A stretch of 64,000 nucleotides of DNA from Escherichia phage vB_EcoM_Schickermooser: the sequence record NC_048196.1. One strand, written 5' to 3'. The notes under the pieces were generated by a model. That model saw only the letters and a list, made by a program, of their open reading frames with translations. It was not told the DNA's origin and made no database searches. Positions within the stretch are counted from its first letter, which is position 1, and each line of letters begins with the position of its first letter. The position numbers were made by a program, and so were the translations under genes. Below, piece after piece: positions 9,546 through 18,769 of the stretch.

Positions 9546-9763
9546 TCATGTGGATTGTGCGTCTTAAGTATGATGGCCCTAATCCTTGGGTGAGAACAGT
9601 TTGCGGATGTGATACTAAAGAGTCAGCAGATAAAGCTGGAAGAATGATAAGTGCCTTTTATAATAGTAAACCTCTTTGTTTAGAAATGTCTGGTGTGGTT
9701 TGTATGAGCATGTTCGAATACTACTCTTATGAGATCAAAGAACACCAAGGGGAATGGAAATAA
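9542..9763 (+). CDS. hypothetical protein
   Basis: ATGA overlap with previous gene. Confidence 0.45.
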   Translation: MIMWIVRLKYDGPNPWVRTVCGCDTKESADKAGRMISAFYNSKPLCLEMSGVVCMSMFEYYSYEIKEHQGEWK

Positions 9764-9777
9764 ATAGTTGACAGAAG

Positions 9778-9806
9778 GATCTGTCTTTGTCATAATCATC
9801 TCATCG
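9778..9806 (+). promoter_or_regulatory. sigma70-like promoter candidate (TTGACA-N17-CATAAT)
   Basis: TTGACA 9778-9783, CATAAT 9801-9806. Confidence 0.5.
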
Positions 9807-9825
9807 AAACAAAGAGGAGAAAATC

Positions 9826-10314
9826 ATGAAAAAATTTATTTGCACCCGTTCCACTAACAGTGATATCCTTGTAGGTAAGGTTATCAAAGGAGAACTCTTC
9901 CATGCAAACGGTAAGAAATATATTCTGCTGAAAGATTCTTTCAACGGGGAATATCCGCGCTGTACTTTCTTCAATTACAACACTCCGTTTGCTTTAGAAG
10001 GAGATGCTTGGGACTGGGCTGAACTTCATCCTTTCTGTGAAGATGGACAGACAGAAGAGCAGGAAGAATCTACGGGAAGTTTACGTGATAAACTGCGTAA
10101 TAAAGCACTGCAAGCAAATTCCCATTTTACTGAAATGGTAGACGCCGTTCTATTAGAGATTGAAGATTGTGCGGAACAAGGGAAGTTTGAAAAATACTTT
10201 GAACCTTCCAGTTTTGGTTTGTGCAATAACCCTTCTTCTTATGAACAGATAAGTGAACAGAAAAGAGGGGCAAATGTTGTAGCTACAATGCTACGTGCAA
10301 AGGTTTGGATGTAA
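9826..10314 (+). CDS. hypothetical protein
   Basis: AGAGGAG SD upstream. Confidence 0.6.
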   Translation: MKKFICTRSTNSDILVGKVIKGELFHANGKKYILLKDSFNGEYPRCTFFNYNTPFALEGDAWDWAELHPFCEDGQTEEQEESTGSLRDKLRNKALQANSHFTEMVDAVLLEIEDCAEQGKFEKYFEPSSFGLCNNPSSYEQISEQKRGANVVATMLRAKVWM

Positions 10315-10389
10315 CATTGGCAACCGCAGAGCACAGTATTTTTGGGATTATCAAACACATCATTATTAGTTGGAACTAAAGGAGAGAAT

Positions 10390-10689
10390 ATGCAAGTTGA
10401 AGACCTGATCCACATTCTGAATAAAGCTAAAGAGAAGGGTGCTATCAAAGACTGGAAACGTGAAACAAGTGAAGATTTATCTCATTGTTGCCGAGAGTTT
10501 TACATCGAAGGTATTGCTGACGATCATTATACTATCGAATGGTATATCAACTTAATGACCCTTAAGCACGGTTCATTTGAGATTTGGTTTGATGCTATTG
10601 ATGTAAATGGTTTTCATCCTGGATATAAGATTGCTATGCAGTTATCTTATCGCAGAGAAGTTGTAGCTCATTTGGGTTTACATAACTAA
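10390..10689 (+). CDS. hypothetical protein
   Basis: ATG 10390 after AAAGGAGAG. Confidence 0.5.
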   Translation: MQVEDLIHILNKAKEKGAIKDWKRETSEDLSHCCREFYIEGIADDHYTIEWYINLMTLKHGSFEIWFDAIDVNGFHPGYKIAMQLSYRREVVAHLGLHN

Positions 10690-10699
10690 GGAGAAAAGA

Positions 10700-11023
10700 A
10701 TGCAAGCAGTTGTTAACGAAGCTATTATGAACTTATCTTTCTTGTTAGCTGGTTTAGGAGGTGTTCTCATAGGTTTGGCTCTTATCTGGTGTATTCGTCG
10801 ATTAATCGGGTACCGACAAAAAGGTGTTTCATGTTTTGTATCTTACAATTTTACAACTGCTTACAGCAATGAGGTTGGATCTGGCAATGCTCAAGCATTT
10901 TTACCAACATATCCTCCTACGGTGGAAGATATTAGAAACTTGGAAGTAGAACTTATGGGACTAGGTGATAACTATACATCTCTAGTTATTCAAAATATTT
11001 TTCGACTAAAACAGGGGGCGTGA
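10700..11023 (+). CDS. membrane protein
   Basis: AAGGAG SD; hydrophobic segment LSFLLAGLGGVLIGLALIWCI. Confidence 0.55.
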   Translation: MQAVVNEAIMNLSFLLAGLGGVLIGLALIWCIRRLIGYRQKGVSCFVSYNFTTAYSNEVGSGNAQAFLPTYPPTVEDIRNLEVELMGLGDNYTSLVIQNIFRLKQGA

Positions 11024-11215
11024 ATGAAGGTACATTACCCTCATCCATTTGATCCTAAAAAAAAAGCCGTAATTCTTCGTCAGTGGCAACGGGTTTGTCG
11101 TACTAAATGTCCAATCAATAGCCCACACAATGTAGACAAGGACTATCTGGGACATTTGTTGAATACACTACATAGAAAAACAAGCGTAAACAACATGTCG
11201 AGGAATACTGCTTAA
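11024..11215 (+). CDS. hypothetical protein
   Basis: ORF abutting previous stop. Confidence 0.4.
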   Translation: MKVHYPHPFDPKKKAVILRQWQRVCRTKCPINSPHNVDKDYLGHLLNTLHRKTSVNNMSRNTA

Positions 11216-11244
11216 GAGTAGAATGGCTGTAAATAATAAATACC

Positions 11245-11273
11245 TTGACAAGTGTTTATTCGTTTTGTAAAGT
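11245..11273 (+). promoter_or_regulatory. sigma70-like promoter candidate (TTGACA-N17-TAAAGT)
   Basis: TTGACA 11245-11250, TAAAGT 11268-11273. Confidence 0.45.
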
Positions 11274-11302
11274 GAGAATACAGCAATGGTTTAGGAGCGG
11301 TT

Positions 11303-11955
11303 ATGAAAAAGTTTGTTGTTTACAGTCGTCTTTCTAACAGAAAAAAGGTGAGGCACACATGGTATGGAGAGCCAAGAGAATGATATCCGTTACTTCTTAG
11401 GTGTGATGCGGAAGTTATTGGTCAATTTTCTGAATACTATTCGGGTAAGGCGATTGGAAGCAACGTAAGGAACTGGTTAAAGGTTGAAATGTGTAAAGCT
11501 ACCGGAGCATTATTGGTAAAGTTGACCGCTTGGGTCGTAACAACGCCTCCGTAGCAACTCTTCTAGAAATGATTGATGTTAAGATAGCCATCATGCCAGA
11601 CGCAGATAAAATGGTTATACAGCTTCTGTCTGTTCTGGCTGAACAAGAAGTTAGAGGTATTGCTGATCGTATTAAAAAGGGTCTTGCTGTAGCAAAAAGC
11701 AAAGGTGTTTTATTAGGCAGTGCTAATCCTAAAACTGCCGCTGCACGTAGAAAAGGAAAAATGGAATACAACTCTGTTAAAGCAGACGCTTTTGCAGAGA
11801 CATTCCGTGAACGCTTGGAGATCCTTAGAGATTTAAATACACCTTACAAAACTATTGCTGAAAAATTCAATAGTAAGAAAATAGCAACAGCACGTGGTGG
11901 TAAATGGGATGCTAAAACTGTTTCTCGTTTGTGTGCCAGACTGAACATTAAATAG
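11303..11955 (+). pseudogene. decayed serine recombinase (resolvase/invertase-like)
   Basis: N-terminus MKKFVVYSRLS (Y.R.S catalytic-like) hits in-frame TGA at 11381-11383; downstream SGKA and, in another frame, KVDRLGRN; one missing base near 11524 would restore VKLDRLGR. Confidence 0.45.
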
Positions 11956-11963
11956 GAGAGGAT

Positions 11964-12371
11964 ATGAAACAAGAAAATGAATCTATAGATCACTTAATCA
12001 TGCTGTCAGCCCTTTTTGCCGGATGGGACGTATTTTTTGAAAATTTGTTCAATTCTGCTACAGATGGTTCCGATTTTATGCGCCAATTTAAACGACGAAC
12101 TGTTGAGGACTATGCTTTCTATTCAGGTCGGATTGAAAAAGGTTACGAAGATACAAATACAACACTCACCATTAAAGTTTTAGATGTGATGTTTAGTGTT
12201 ATAGATGCTATCGACGAAAGTCTTCCGATCCTAGATAATTGTAATACGAAAGCCTATGTTTACAAAATAGCCCGTGCTTATGTGTCTGCAAACAGTTGTC
12301 TTCTTTCCACCCAAATTGCGGTGAACAATCTTGCCAACTTGTCGATGAAGGAAACTTTTTATGACAATTGA
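11964..12371 (+). CDS. hypothetical protein
   Basis: AGGAGAGG SD upstream. Confidence 0.55.
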   Translation: MKQENESIDHLIMLSALFAGWDVFFENLFNSATDGSDFMRQFKRRTVEDYAFYSGRIEKGYEDTNTTLTIKVLDVMFSVIDAIDESLPILDNCNTKAYVYKIARAYVSANSCLLSTQIAVNNLANLSMKETFYDN

Positions 12372-12723
12372 TTTGAAGTGTAAGAGGATTCTTTTAGATT
12401 TCTATAATAATTGGTTAGAACACCTCCGTCTCTTTCCACGAGAAAGTGGTTACGCTGATGTTGGCTTATGCCGAGGTCTACGTATGTATATAAGTGATGA
12501 ATTTCGAGCCGATCATTCTTTATATTCTGTTTATGGTATGCAATTAGCCAGTTTTGAAAATGCTGGTTTAGATACAACTTTCCCGTTTAACACAGCAAAA
12601 TCTTTTGAGCAAGAGTGTAAGGAAAAACGTTGCATGTTTAATGAAAAACGTGTACAGTGGGTTAAGGAGCGAGTTAAACAACTGGAACAAGAGTTGGATT
12701 TCTTCTATGATGAGGCAGAATAA
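12361..12723 (+). CDS. early paralog family A, member 5 (hypothetical)
   Basis: motifs FYNNWL / GLCRGL / RVQWVKERV. Confidence 0.6.
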   Translation: MTIDLKCKRILLDFYNNWLEHLRLFPRESGYADVGLCRGLRMYISDEFRADHSLYSVYGMQLASFENAGLDTTFPFNTAKSFEQECKEKRCMFNEKRVQWVKERVKQLEQELDFFYDEAE

Positions 12724-12995
12724 TGGATAGACAAACCTTAAAAACAATGGCAGATGCCACTAATTCCCCGTACTTTGAAAAAGTAAGTAAATTGGTAGCT
12801 CAAGCCGCAGAGGAAGGATATTATAACATAAACATCCACAACCCAAGTCTTATACTAGAAATGCCAGGTGATAAGAAGATACAAGAGAGTATCTGTGAAG
12901 GTATTGTTAGTTACTGGCGCGAGCGTGGGTGTGGTGCAAACATGGCTTTAGACAGTGCAAACATTGTAAGATATATAAATATTTCTTGGGGGTGA
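12723..12995 (+). CDS. hypothetical protein
   Basis: TAATG overlap with previous gene. Confidence 0.5.
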   Translation: MDRQTLKTMADATNSPYFEKVSKLVAQAAEEGYYNINIHNPSLILEMPGDKKIQESICEGIVSYWRERGCGANMALDSANIVRYINISWG

Positions 12996-12999
12996 TTTT

Positions 13000-13611
13000 A
13001 TGATTCAATGCACTCATATCCAAATTACTTGGAGAGATGAACTTTACCATTTAGGACAATTTACTGTAGGGGAAACATACCCTGTCATTAAACATAATCC
13101 TAACATCGCAAACTTTGACAGGATGGTTCTTGTTGAGGACGATCTAGGTCAAACTTATTCTTTAGATCTAAAATATCCGTTTTCTTACGGCTACGATTGG
13201 ATCGTTACTTTTGAAGACGTGGAGGAAAATAAAACAATGAACGAAAAAAATTCTTGGTATTATCGTTGTGAACTGCCGCCAGTAGGTGAAAAGGTTATCT
13301 TTGTTCCTGATTTGGAAAGATATTCTTGGGACAGTTCTTATTCTGTTCCTAAAGAAGGCACCGAAGTTGAAGTTATTGCACATCGCACAACTTCGCATGG
13401 TAACGATGTAGCAGTTGTTTTCTGGGATGATGAAGGCGCTGCTTGTGCAGGGGGCTTTGTTGCAGGTAATTTTGAACCACTGCCAGATCCTTTGAAGGAG
13501 GCAATTTTAGGCGTAGCTTCTTTTGGACTCTCTTACACATCTGCACAAGAGATCGTAGAAGGTATTTTAAACGGTACCGTTCCAAACGAAATTTTTAAAC
13601 AGATTAAATAA
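13000..13611 (+). CDS. hypothetical protein
   Basis: 203-aa ORF. Confidence 0.55.
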   Translation: MIQCTHIQITWRDELYHLGQFTVGETYPVIKHNPNIANFDRMVLVEDDLGQTYSLDLKYPFSYGYDWIVTFEDVEENKTMNEKNSWYYRCELPPVGEKVIFVPDLERYSWDSSYSVPKEGTEVEVIAHRTTSHGNDVAVVFWDDEGAACAGGFVAGNFEPLPDPLKEAILGVASFGLSYTSAQEIVEGILNGTVPNEIFKQIK

Positions 13612-13618
13612 TAGTTGC

Positions 13619-13645
13619 ACCCCGTTCTGCGGGGTGTTATTGTAT
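13619..13645 (+). terminator. intrinsic terminator candidate
   Basis: 7-bp GC-rich stem CACCCCG/CGGGGTG followed by T-rich tract. Confidence 0.45.
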
Positions 13646-13661
13646 ACGTAAAGGAGCGCTA

Positions 13662-14000
13662 ATGTATTACACTGAAGACTACATATTATATAACTTTTTT
13701 AAAGGCTGGTTGGAATGGGCGGAAAAAGCTCCTGTTGGAGATTGTGTTTTTCCTTGGGACTCTCGTCAAGGTTTGTGTCGTTGTTTGGAAGATTGGCTTA
13801 TAACCACAAGCTACAACTCAGAAACTAAGAAATCTACATCAAACAGATTAAAAATGTTATTTGAAGAAGATGGTTTAGATCCAATTTATCCTTTCGGTGC
13901 TGAAAGCTTCCACAATGGTCTTTTTCTTGGTACTCAACATTATGACAAAGATCGCGTAGATTGGGTAAAAGAAAAGGTAGCACAGTATGAATGGGGTTAA
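13662..14000 (+). CDS. early paralog family A, member 6 (hypothetical)
   Basis: motifs FFKGWLEW / GLCRCL / RVDWVKEKV. Confidence 0.6.
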   Translation: MYYTEDYILYNFFKGWLEWAEKAPVGDCVFPWDSRQGLCRCLEDWLITTSYNSETKKSTSNRLKMLFEEDGLDPIYPFGAESFHNGLFLGTQHYDKDRVDWVKEKVAQYEWG

Positions 14001-14326
14001 GAATTATCACCATTGGTTAGAAAGTTATATTAAGAAATGTGAACTTGGTGTTCCAGGTTATACTTACGACACGGACGAGATTCTTGATGAAATGGAAGTT
14101 TGGTTTAAAGAGCCTCGTGAACTATTGGCAAATATTCTAATGGCTTAGGATGGTACGGCACAAAGGGGAGGTAGAAATGAGTAAGAAATTGTTTAATATT
14201 CGTGAGAACCGTGATGATCGTTCTCTGTAGTCAATGAGTTTAACGTTTCGGTTGGGACTTTTATTACTAAACGTCAAGCAGAACAAGTCAGAGATACTTT
14301 AAACAAGTAAATTTTTAAGGGGACTT

Positions 14327-14746
14327 ATGTTAGGTAAGATCAAAGCTTTTTTCAAACGTATTGTTGAAGGAAGTCCAACAGAAGGTGCATTAGGAAGATC
14401 TCTAACAGGAGAACCACTTGCCATAATTTCTATCAGTCGGCATGGTGGATATTCCATTCGACAAACACCTTTAGGTATAGAAGGTAGTATGCTTTCTTGG
14501 ACAATATCTCAAGTTGGTGATAACAGACTTGCAGCTATAGCGTTACTTCGTGGGGAGTATGACTATTGTTTATCAGCACCTTGTAAAAAGCACCTCATAG
14601 AGCACATTAGAGACAGAGTAGAAAGAGAAGGCGGATACTTCTTCGAAACTAAGAGAAACGAACAAGGAACTCTTGACTTCACTAAGGTTTACTGGGACAA
14701 TCATACTCGTCAAACTGTTGAACAACTTCTGGAGGAAAGATGTTAA
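14327..14746 (+). CDS. hypothetical protein
   Basis: AAGGGGA SD upstream. Confidence 0.55.
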   Translation: MLGKIKAFFKRIVEGSPTEGALGRSLTGEPLAIISISRHGGYSIRQTPLGIEGSMLSWTISQVGDNRLAAIALLRGEYDYCLSAPCKKHLIEHIRDRVEREGGYFFETKRNEQGTLDFTKVYWDNHTRQTVEQLLEERC

Positions 14747-14949
14747 AAGCTTTTGCTGTATACTCTACTGTAGGATTCTTTTATTGGATTATAGTTGTTG
14801 TTGGATGTTGGTTGGGTTCTTCTGTTGTGATGGGAGAATGGTTAACATACAATGTATTTGAATGGGATGTAGTTTGTAGATCATTACTTGTTATATGGAC
14901 TGCTATTGTTTGTTGGATAACTGTTAGTCTAACATTAGATCTATATTGA
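14740..14949 (+). CDS. small membrane protein
   Basis: GGAGGAAAG SD; two hydrophobic segments. Confidence 0.5.
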   Translation: MLKAFAVYSTVGFFYWIIVVVGCWLGSSVVMGEWLTYNVFEWDVVCRSLLVIWTAIVCWITVSLTLDLY

Positions 14950-15117
14950 TTAATAGATGGTAGATAGATGATCATAGTTTATCTACCTTCACTTACGTTT
15001 CATACCTCACTATCGTGAGTAACATGAAACATTATTATATAGAAATCTACTACTCGCTATCGCTCGTAAACATATGTTTAGGGTACCATATTTTTTTGAA
15101 AAAGTCAATGCTGACTC

Positions 15118-15207
15118 ACCTATCAATTATCCGTTTAAGATAAGTCTTACCTATCAATCTAACTCTTAACTAGTATTGCACCTATAGTAAGACTATTCCT
15201 ATAGTTA
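15118..15207 (+). promoter_or_regulatory. direct-repeat cluster in a 360-bp non-coding region
   Basis: ACCTATCAAT at 15118 and 15149; CCTATAGT at 15181 and 15198. Confidence 0.35.
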
Positions 15208-15242
15208 TTAACCCTCTTCTTCTGTAGAATGTAATTAGATCC

Positions 15243-15272
15243 TTGACAAACTCACAAAGCTTGTGTTACATT
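15243..15272 (+). promoter_or_regulatory. sigma70-like promoter candidate
   Basis: TTGACA 15243-15248, N17/18, TTACAT/TACATT. Confidence 0.35.
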
Positions 15273-15309
15273 GTGTCTCACAGGTGAATAATACCGAACA
15301 GGAGGAAGA

Positions 15310-15525
15310 ATGAGTTCCAATTTTCTATACAAAGCAAAAGATTCACGAGATGGAGAGAACCATTGGTGGTTGATCACAGGAGATGGTGTTATCATCCTAC
15401 CGTGGGACGGAGAGACAAAAGTTCAAATACTAGAGAAAGTAAAAGGTGTTAGTTTTAATGTTAGTCATGACATAACAACTTTCAAAGCTTTTGCTATGAA
15501 TCCTAGTCTTGTTGCTGAATGGTAA
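15310..15525 (+). CDS. hypothetical protein
   Basis: CAGGAGGAAG SD upstream. Confidence 0.5.
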   Translation: MSSNFLYKAKDSRDGENHWWLITGDGVIILPWDGETKVQILEKVKGVSFNVSHDITTFKAFAMNPSLVAEW

Positions 15526-15538
15526 TCCAGGAGAAAAT

Positions 15539-15757
15539 ATGACTAAAATGTATGCAGCCGTTGATAAGCTGGATGGGTCTGATTCTGTTTTTATTTTGAA
15601 TAAAATGGGTGTCTTAGTTTATGCCCGAACTTCTCAAAACATAGAACACCAAGTGGAAGCAGCACAAATTTTAGAGCAAATAACCCCTCCATACCTATAC
15701 TCAAATGTTGAGCGTTTTAACGATGCACTTGGTTTGACGTTAATAGCGGAATGGTAG
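15539..15757 (+). CDS. hypothetical protein
   Basis: ATG 15539 after CAGGAGAAAAT. Confidence 0.5.
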   Translation: MTKMYAAVDKLDGSDSVFILNKMGVLVYARTSQNIEHQVEAAQILEQITPPYLYSNVERFNDALGLTLIAEW

Positions 15758-15759
15758 TA

Positions 15760-15957
15760 ATGGCGAAAATGTTGGAAATTGATAATGTCGTAACAATCAC
15801 TACGTCCATACCTTGTCCTCCTATACCTTGCCCCTATTGTGGTGGTGCAGGATATGTTATGGCGGACGTAGGTCAAATTTACGAGTGTAACCCGTGCAAA
15901 ACCACAGGTTATATCCAAATAGAATCAGAGGAGAAACACTATGAGCCAAAACGCTAA
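15760..15957 (+). CDS. small Cys-rich protein
   Basis: CPYCGG ... CNPC motifs. Confidence 0.4.
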   Translation: MAKMLEIDNVVTITTSIPCPPIPCPYCGGAGYVMADVGQIYECNPCKTTGYIQIESEEKHYEPKR

Positions 15958-16390
15958 AGAAAAAGAAGTAATCACGGTAATCCGTCAGATGGAAGGTGCC
16001 GAAAACAATGCTTTTGTTACTAAGATTCTTCTTAATATTTTTGAAGATGTTATTTTAAACAACCCTGGTCATAAAGATTATCAGTATGATGTTATGATGG
16101 GTGCTTTGCTTGAGATTAACAAAAACACTTTTGCTGAATATGAGCAACACATGCTTTTACCAGAGGAAGATCAGGATTATTTGTTATCTGGTGCTTTAAG
16201 TGCACAAGAAAATTTCTACCACGTTCTTAATATGGCTTATGCAGATGAACTTGCTGTTTCCCTTGAAGAGCGTATTCAAATGGTTCGTGATGTGATGAAT
16301 GAACAAATCCAAGAAGTTGAAGACTTGGTAGCAGAACCTTTAGCAGAAATTCGTGCAGCTATTGAAAAACAAAAAGGAACTCAATCATGA
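15941..16390 (+). CDS. hypothetical protein
   Basis: GAGGAGAAA SD upstream. Confidence 0.55.
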   Translation: MSQNAKEKEVITVIRQMEGAENNAFVTKILLNIFEDVILNNPGHKDYQYDVMMGALLEINKNTFAEYEQHMLLPEEDQDYLLSGALSAQENFYHVLNMAYADELAVSLEERIQMVRDVMNEQIQEVEDLVAEPLAEIRAAIEKQKGTQS

Positions 16391-16554
16391 TGCAAGTAGG
16401 TGATGTGGTTTGCCTTAAAGGTGCAAACAAACAAATGACAGTAATAGAAAGTTATGGTGAATCTTGTAAAGTAACTTGGTTCGATGAAAACGGGGAATTG
16501 CAACACGCCATATTCGATCAAAAAGCTTTGAGGAAGGTTGAAGAAAAAGAATGA
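16387..16554 (+). CDS. hypothetical small protein (55 aa)
   Basis: ORF bridging two genes with overlapping start/stop. Confidence 0.4.
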   Translation: MMQVGDVVCLKGANKQMTVIESYGESCKVTWFDENGELQHAIFDQKALRKVEEKE

Positions 16555-16814
16555 GCCATCCGTCAATATTTTTCTGTTTTGTAGATCTTGAAAACGAGTC
16601 TTTAATCGTTGATAGTGAGGGTTACTTCACTTATTGGGAATCCGAGCACGAAACTATAAGTGTAGTGAAAGAAATTATGCAAACCAATCCAAGCCTACCA
16701 GCGCATAAGTACGGTATTGCAAAAGTGTTTGTTACTAAAACAGAGTACACAAAAGAGCGAAGCACTTTGTACCATAATATTGAAGTGATTCACTATTTCA
16801 AAGATGTTATTTAG
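16551..16814 (+). CDS. hypothetical protein
   Basis: ATGA overlap with previous ORF. Confidence 0.5.
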   Translation: MSHPSIFFCFVDLENESLIVDSEGYFTYWESEHETISVVKEIMQTNPSLPAHKYGIAKVFVTKTEYTKERSTLYHNIEVIHYFKDVI

Positions 16815-16822
16815 GAGGTTAT

Positions 16823-17431
16823 ATGGAAGAGAAGATTTGGGATGGTAAAGATCCTTTAGAAGTTGGACATGTAGCGCGTGTCAAAAAATCTACTACAGGT
16901 CCTGGTTTTTCTGGTTTGTATCATATACCAGAAGAAGGTCAGCACGTTACAATTTTGGCTCGTGACAAACAAAACGGAGCAACGCCTGTGTGGATTGTTC
17001 GTTGGTATGACAAAGATCTTAACATTTGCTTGTCACCTATTATGGCTCATTTGCTGGAAGCCCCTTGCTCTGAAGAAGCTCTGATTTTTGTTTCGGCTTT
17101 TCAGAAAGCCACAGGTTTAACATTAGATGCAAAAGATGTGCAAAAAGCATTTGACATTATTCAGGAAGACAACGATACTACATCTAACGACGAACTGGTT
17201 GAAGTTACAATCTTATCTTCAGCAGATATCCGAGAGATTGATAAATGTGATTTTCCAATCACATTTAAAATGTCGCAGAAAGACATGCAGTCATCTGGAA
17301 GTTGTTTTGGTATACCTCGTTGGTTTTTTGATTCTATCAAAAATTCTACTACAGAGGGATCAGACTATGATCAAGATGACATGCTTTGGTTCTTAAAAAA
17401 CCGAGAGATTGTTCTCTCACCACTTAAATAA
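16823..17431 (+). CDS. hypothetical protein
   Basis: TTAGGAGG SD upstream; 202 aa. Confidence 0.6.
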   Translation: MEEKIWDGKDPLEVGHVARVKKSTTGPGFSGLYHIPEEGQHVTILARDKQNGATPVWIVRWYDKDLNICLSPIMAHLLEAPCSEEALIFVSAFQKATGLTLDAKDVQKAFDIIQEDNDTTSNDELVEVTILSSADIREIDKCDFPITFKMSQKDMQSSGSCFGIPRWFFDSIKNSTTEGSDYDQDDMLWFLKNREIVLSPLK

Positions 17432-17440
17432 GGAGAAATA

Positions 17441-17542
17441 ATGGTTTCATTTATCGTAGGTGTAGTTGTAGGCTATCTTATTAACAAATATCAAGACGTT
17501 ATCACGGCAAAAGTAAAAGACATTTTAGACTCATCTAAATAA
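17441..17542 (+). CDS. small membrane peptide (33 aa)
   Basis: AAGGAGAAATA then ATG; product MVSFIVGVVVGYLI... Confidence 0.35.
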   Translation: MVSFIVGVVVGYLINKYQDVITAKVKDILDSSK

Positions 17543-17594
17543 TCTATCAAAGCTGCATCTTCAATAGGTGCAGCCTTTTAAAAGGAGATATGGC

Positions 17595-17768
17595 ATGACT
17601 AAACGCACTGATTTTAAATGTATGCATTGTGGGAAATCTTTTGGGGATCATCAAGCTCGCACATTCAACTGTCCACGTAAAGGTCGCGGAAATTTTAAAG
17701 GTTTTAATCCCGCACATGTTTATTCTCCAGATTACGATAAGCCAGAAGAAGAAAAATTTGTTATTTAA
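17595..17768 (+). CDS. small zinc-finger-like protein
   Basis: ATG 17595 after AAAAGGAGA; CMHCG ... C motif. Confidence 0.45.
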   Translation: MTKRTDFKCMHCGKSFGDHQARTFNCPRKGRGNFKGFNPAHVYSPDYDKPEEEKFVI

Positions 17769-17780
17769 TAAGGAGGTCAT

Positions 17781-18062
17781 ATGGAACTCGTTCAAGAATT
17801 GTATAATGCTTTAGGAGCAAAAGGAAAAGATTGGCCCGAACATGCACTTATTGCTATAAGAGACTCCGATGGTGAGATTAAGTTTTCAAGCGTAAGTAAA
17901 GAGCACATCGTAGAAACAAAACTGGGTATTTACATGCGTGGAACTTATTGCTTATTCAACACCAGAATGGTAGAAGCCCCTGTTATCGAGGATGGAACAA
18001 AAGATTGCCCCACAATCGTAACAAAATCTGAATATGAGAAGTTTTTCTACGCTAAGGCTTGA
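17781..18062 (+). CDS. hypothetical protein
   Basis: TAAGGAGGT SD upstream. Confidence 0.55.
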   Translation: MELVQELYNALGAKGKDWPEHALIAIRDSDGEIKFSSVSKEHIVETKLGIYMRGTYCLFNTRMVEAPVIEDGTKDCPTIVTKSEYEKFFYAKA

Positions 18063-18107
18063 CACAGAAACAATACTATAGGATAGTGATCCTATCGTAG
18101 CAATAGA

Positions 18108-18128
18108 ACCCGCTTCGGCGGGTTTTTT
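18108..18128 (+). terminator. intrinsic terminator
   Basis: ACCCGC-TTCG-GCGGGT hairpin followed by TTTTTT. Confidence 0.6.
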
Positions 18129-18153
18129 CATATCTGTAGCAATAGGAGGTCGT

Positions 18154-18384
18154 GTGTTAAATAAAATCGAAGAAGGTTGTATGGCATTTTTGGTAGATAA
18201 CCCGTTTCCCTTTATGGTTAAGGTCCATGTAGGAGAGTATTTAGGTTATGACGAATGGGATTGTAGTATCAATAGTGAAATGCACCACTACCAACCAACA
18301 ATACTTAAGACGGATCAAATGGCGCGTATTACAGTAGAGGATGAATTGATCATTGAGTTATACGAGAGAGCACTACACAAGTAA
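18154..18384 (+). CDS. hypothetical protein
   Basis: ORF; start at 18154 or ATG 18181 unresolved. Confidence 0.4.
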   Translation: MLNKIEEGCMAFLVDNPFPFMVKVHVGEYLGYDEWDCSINSEMHHYQPTILKTDQMARITVEDELIIELYERALHK

Positions 18385-18428
18385 GCTAGAACCCACCTAA
18401 ATCGAACAGAGACGCTCTAAAATAGAAA

Positions 18429-18450
18429 AGGCACCCACTTGGGTGCCTTT
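18429..18450. terminator. bidirectional terminator between convergent genes
   Basis: 10-bp stem AAGGCACCCA/TGGGTGCCTT with A-run upstream and T-run downstream. Confidence 0.55.
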
Positions 18451-18453
18451 GTT

Positions 18454-18726
18454 TTATTCTTCGTTAGATTGCGTCTCAGACGCGTTAAATTCGGTTTCAG
18501 TACAACTTGCTAGGTAACTTATATTTTGCATCACTACAACTACAGGTGTTTGAAGTTTATCTTCTAGCCCCGCAGCCACTTGAGCCAAGGCATTATCAAT
18601 ATTTGATTTCCTAACGCCTGTTCCATGTCCTGTTGCCAAGTAAAGATTACCTTCCCCTTTTTGTGTAGCATTGGCAAAGTAGTAAACGTAATGTGCAAGG
18701 TAGTAATCACGGATTTCTTCAGTCAT
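18454..18726 (-). CDS. hypothetical protein
   Basis: AGGAGAA SD upstream on minus strand. Confidence 0.5.
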   Translation of the reverse strand: MTEEIRDYYLAHYVYYFANATQKGEGNLYLATGHGTGVRKSNIDNALAQVAAGLEDKLQTPVVVVMQNISYLASCTETEFNASETQSNEE

Positions 18727-18744
18727 TTTATTCTCCTAATAAGA

Positions 18745-18762
18745 AAGGGGCCGAAGCCCCTT
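18745..18762 (-). terminator. recurrent stem-loop AAGGGGC-CGAA-GCCCCTT
   Basis: same hairpin recurs at 30844 and 37013. Confidence 0.4.
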
Positions 18763-18769
18763 GAGTGGT

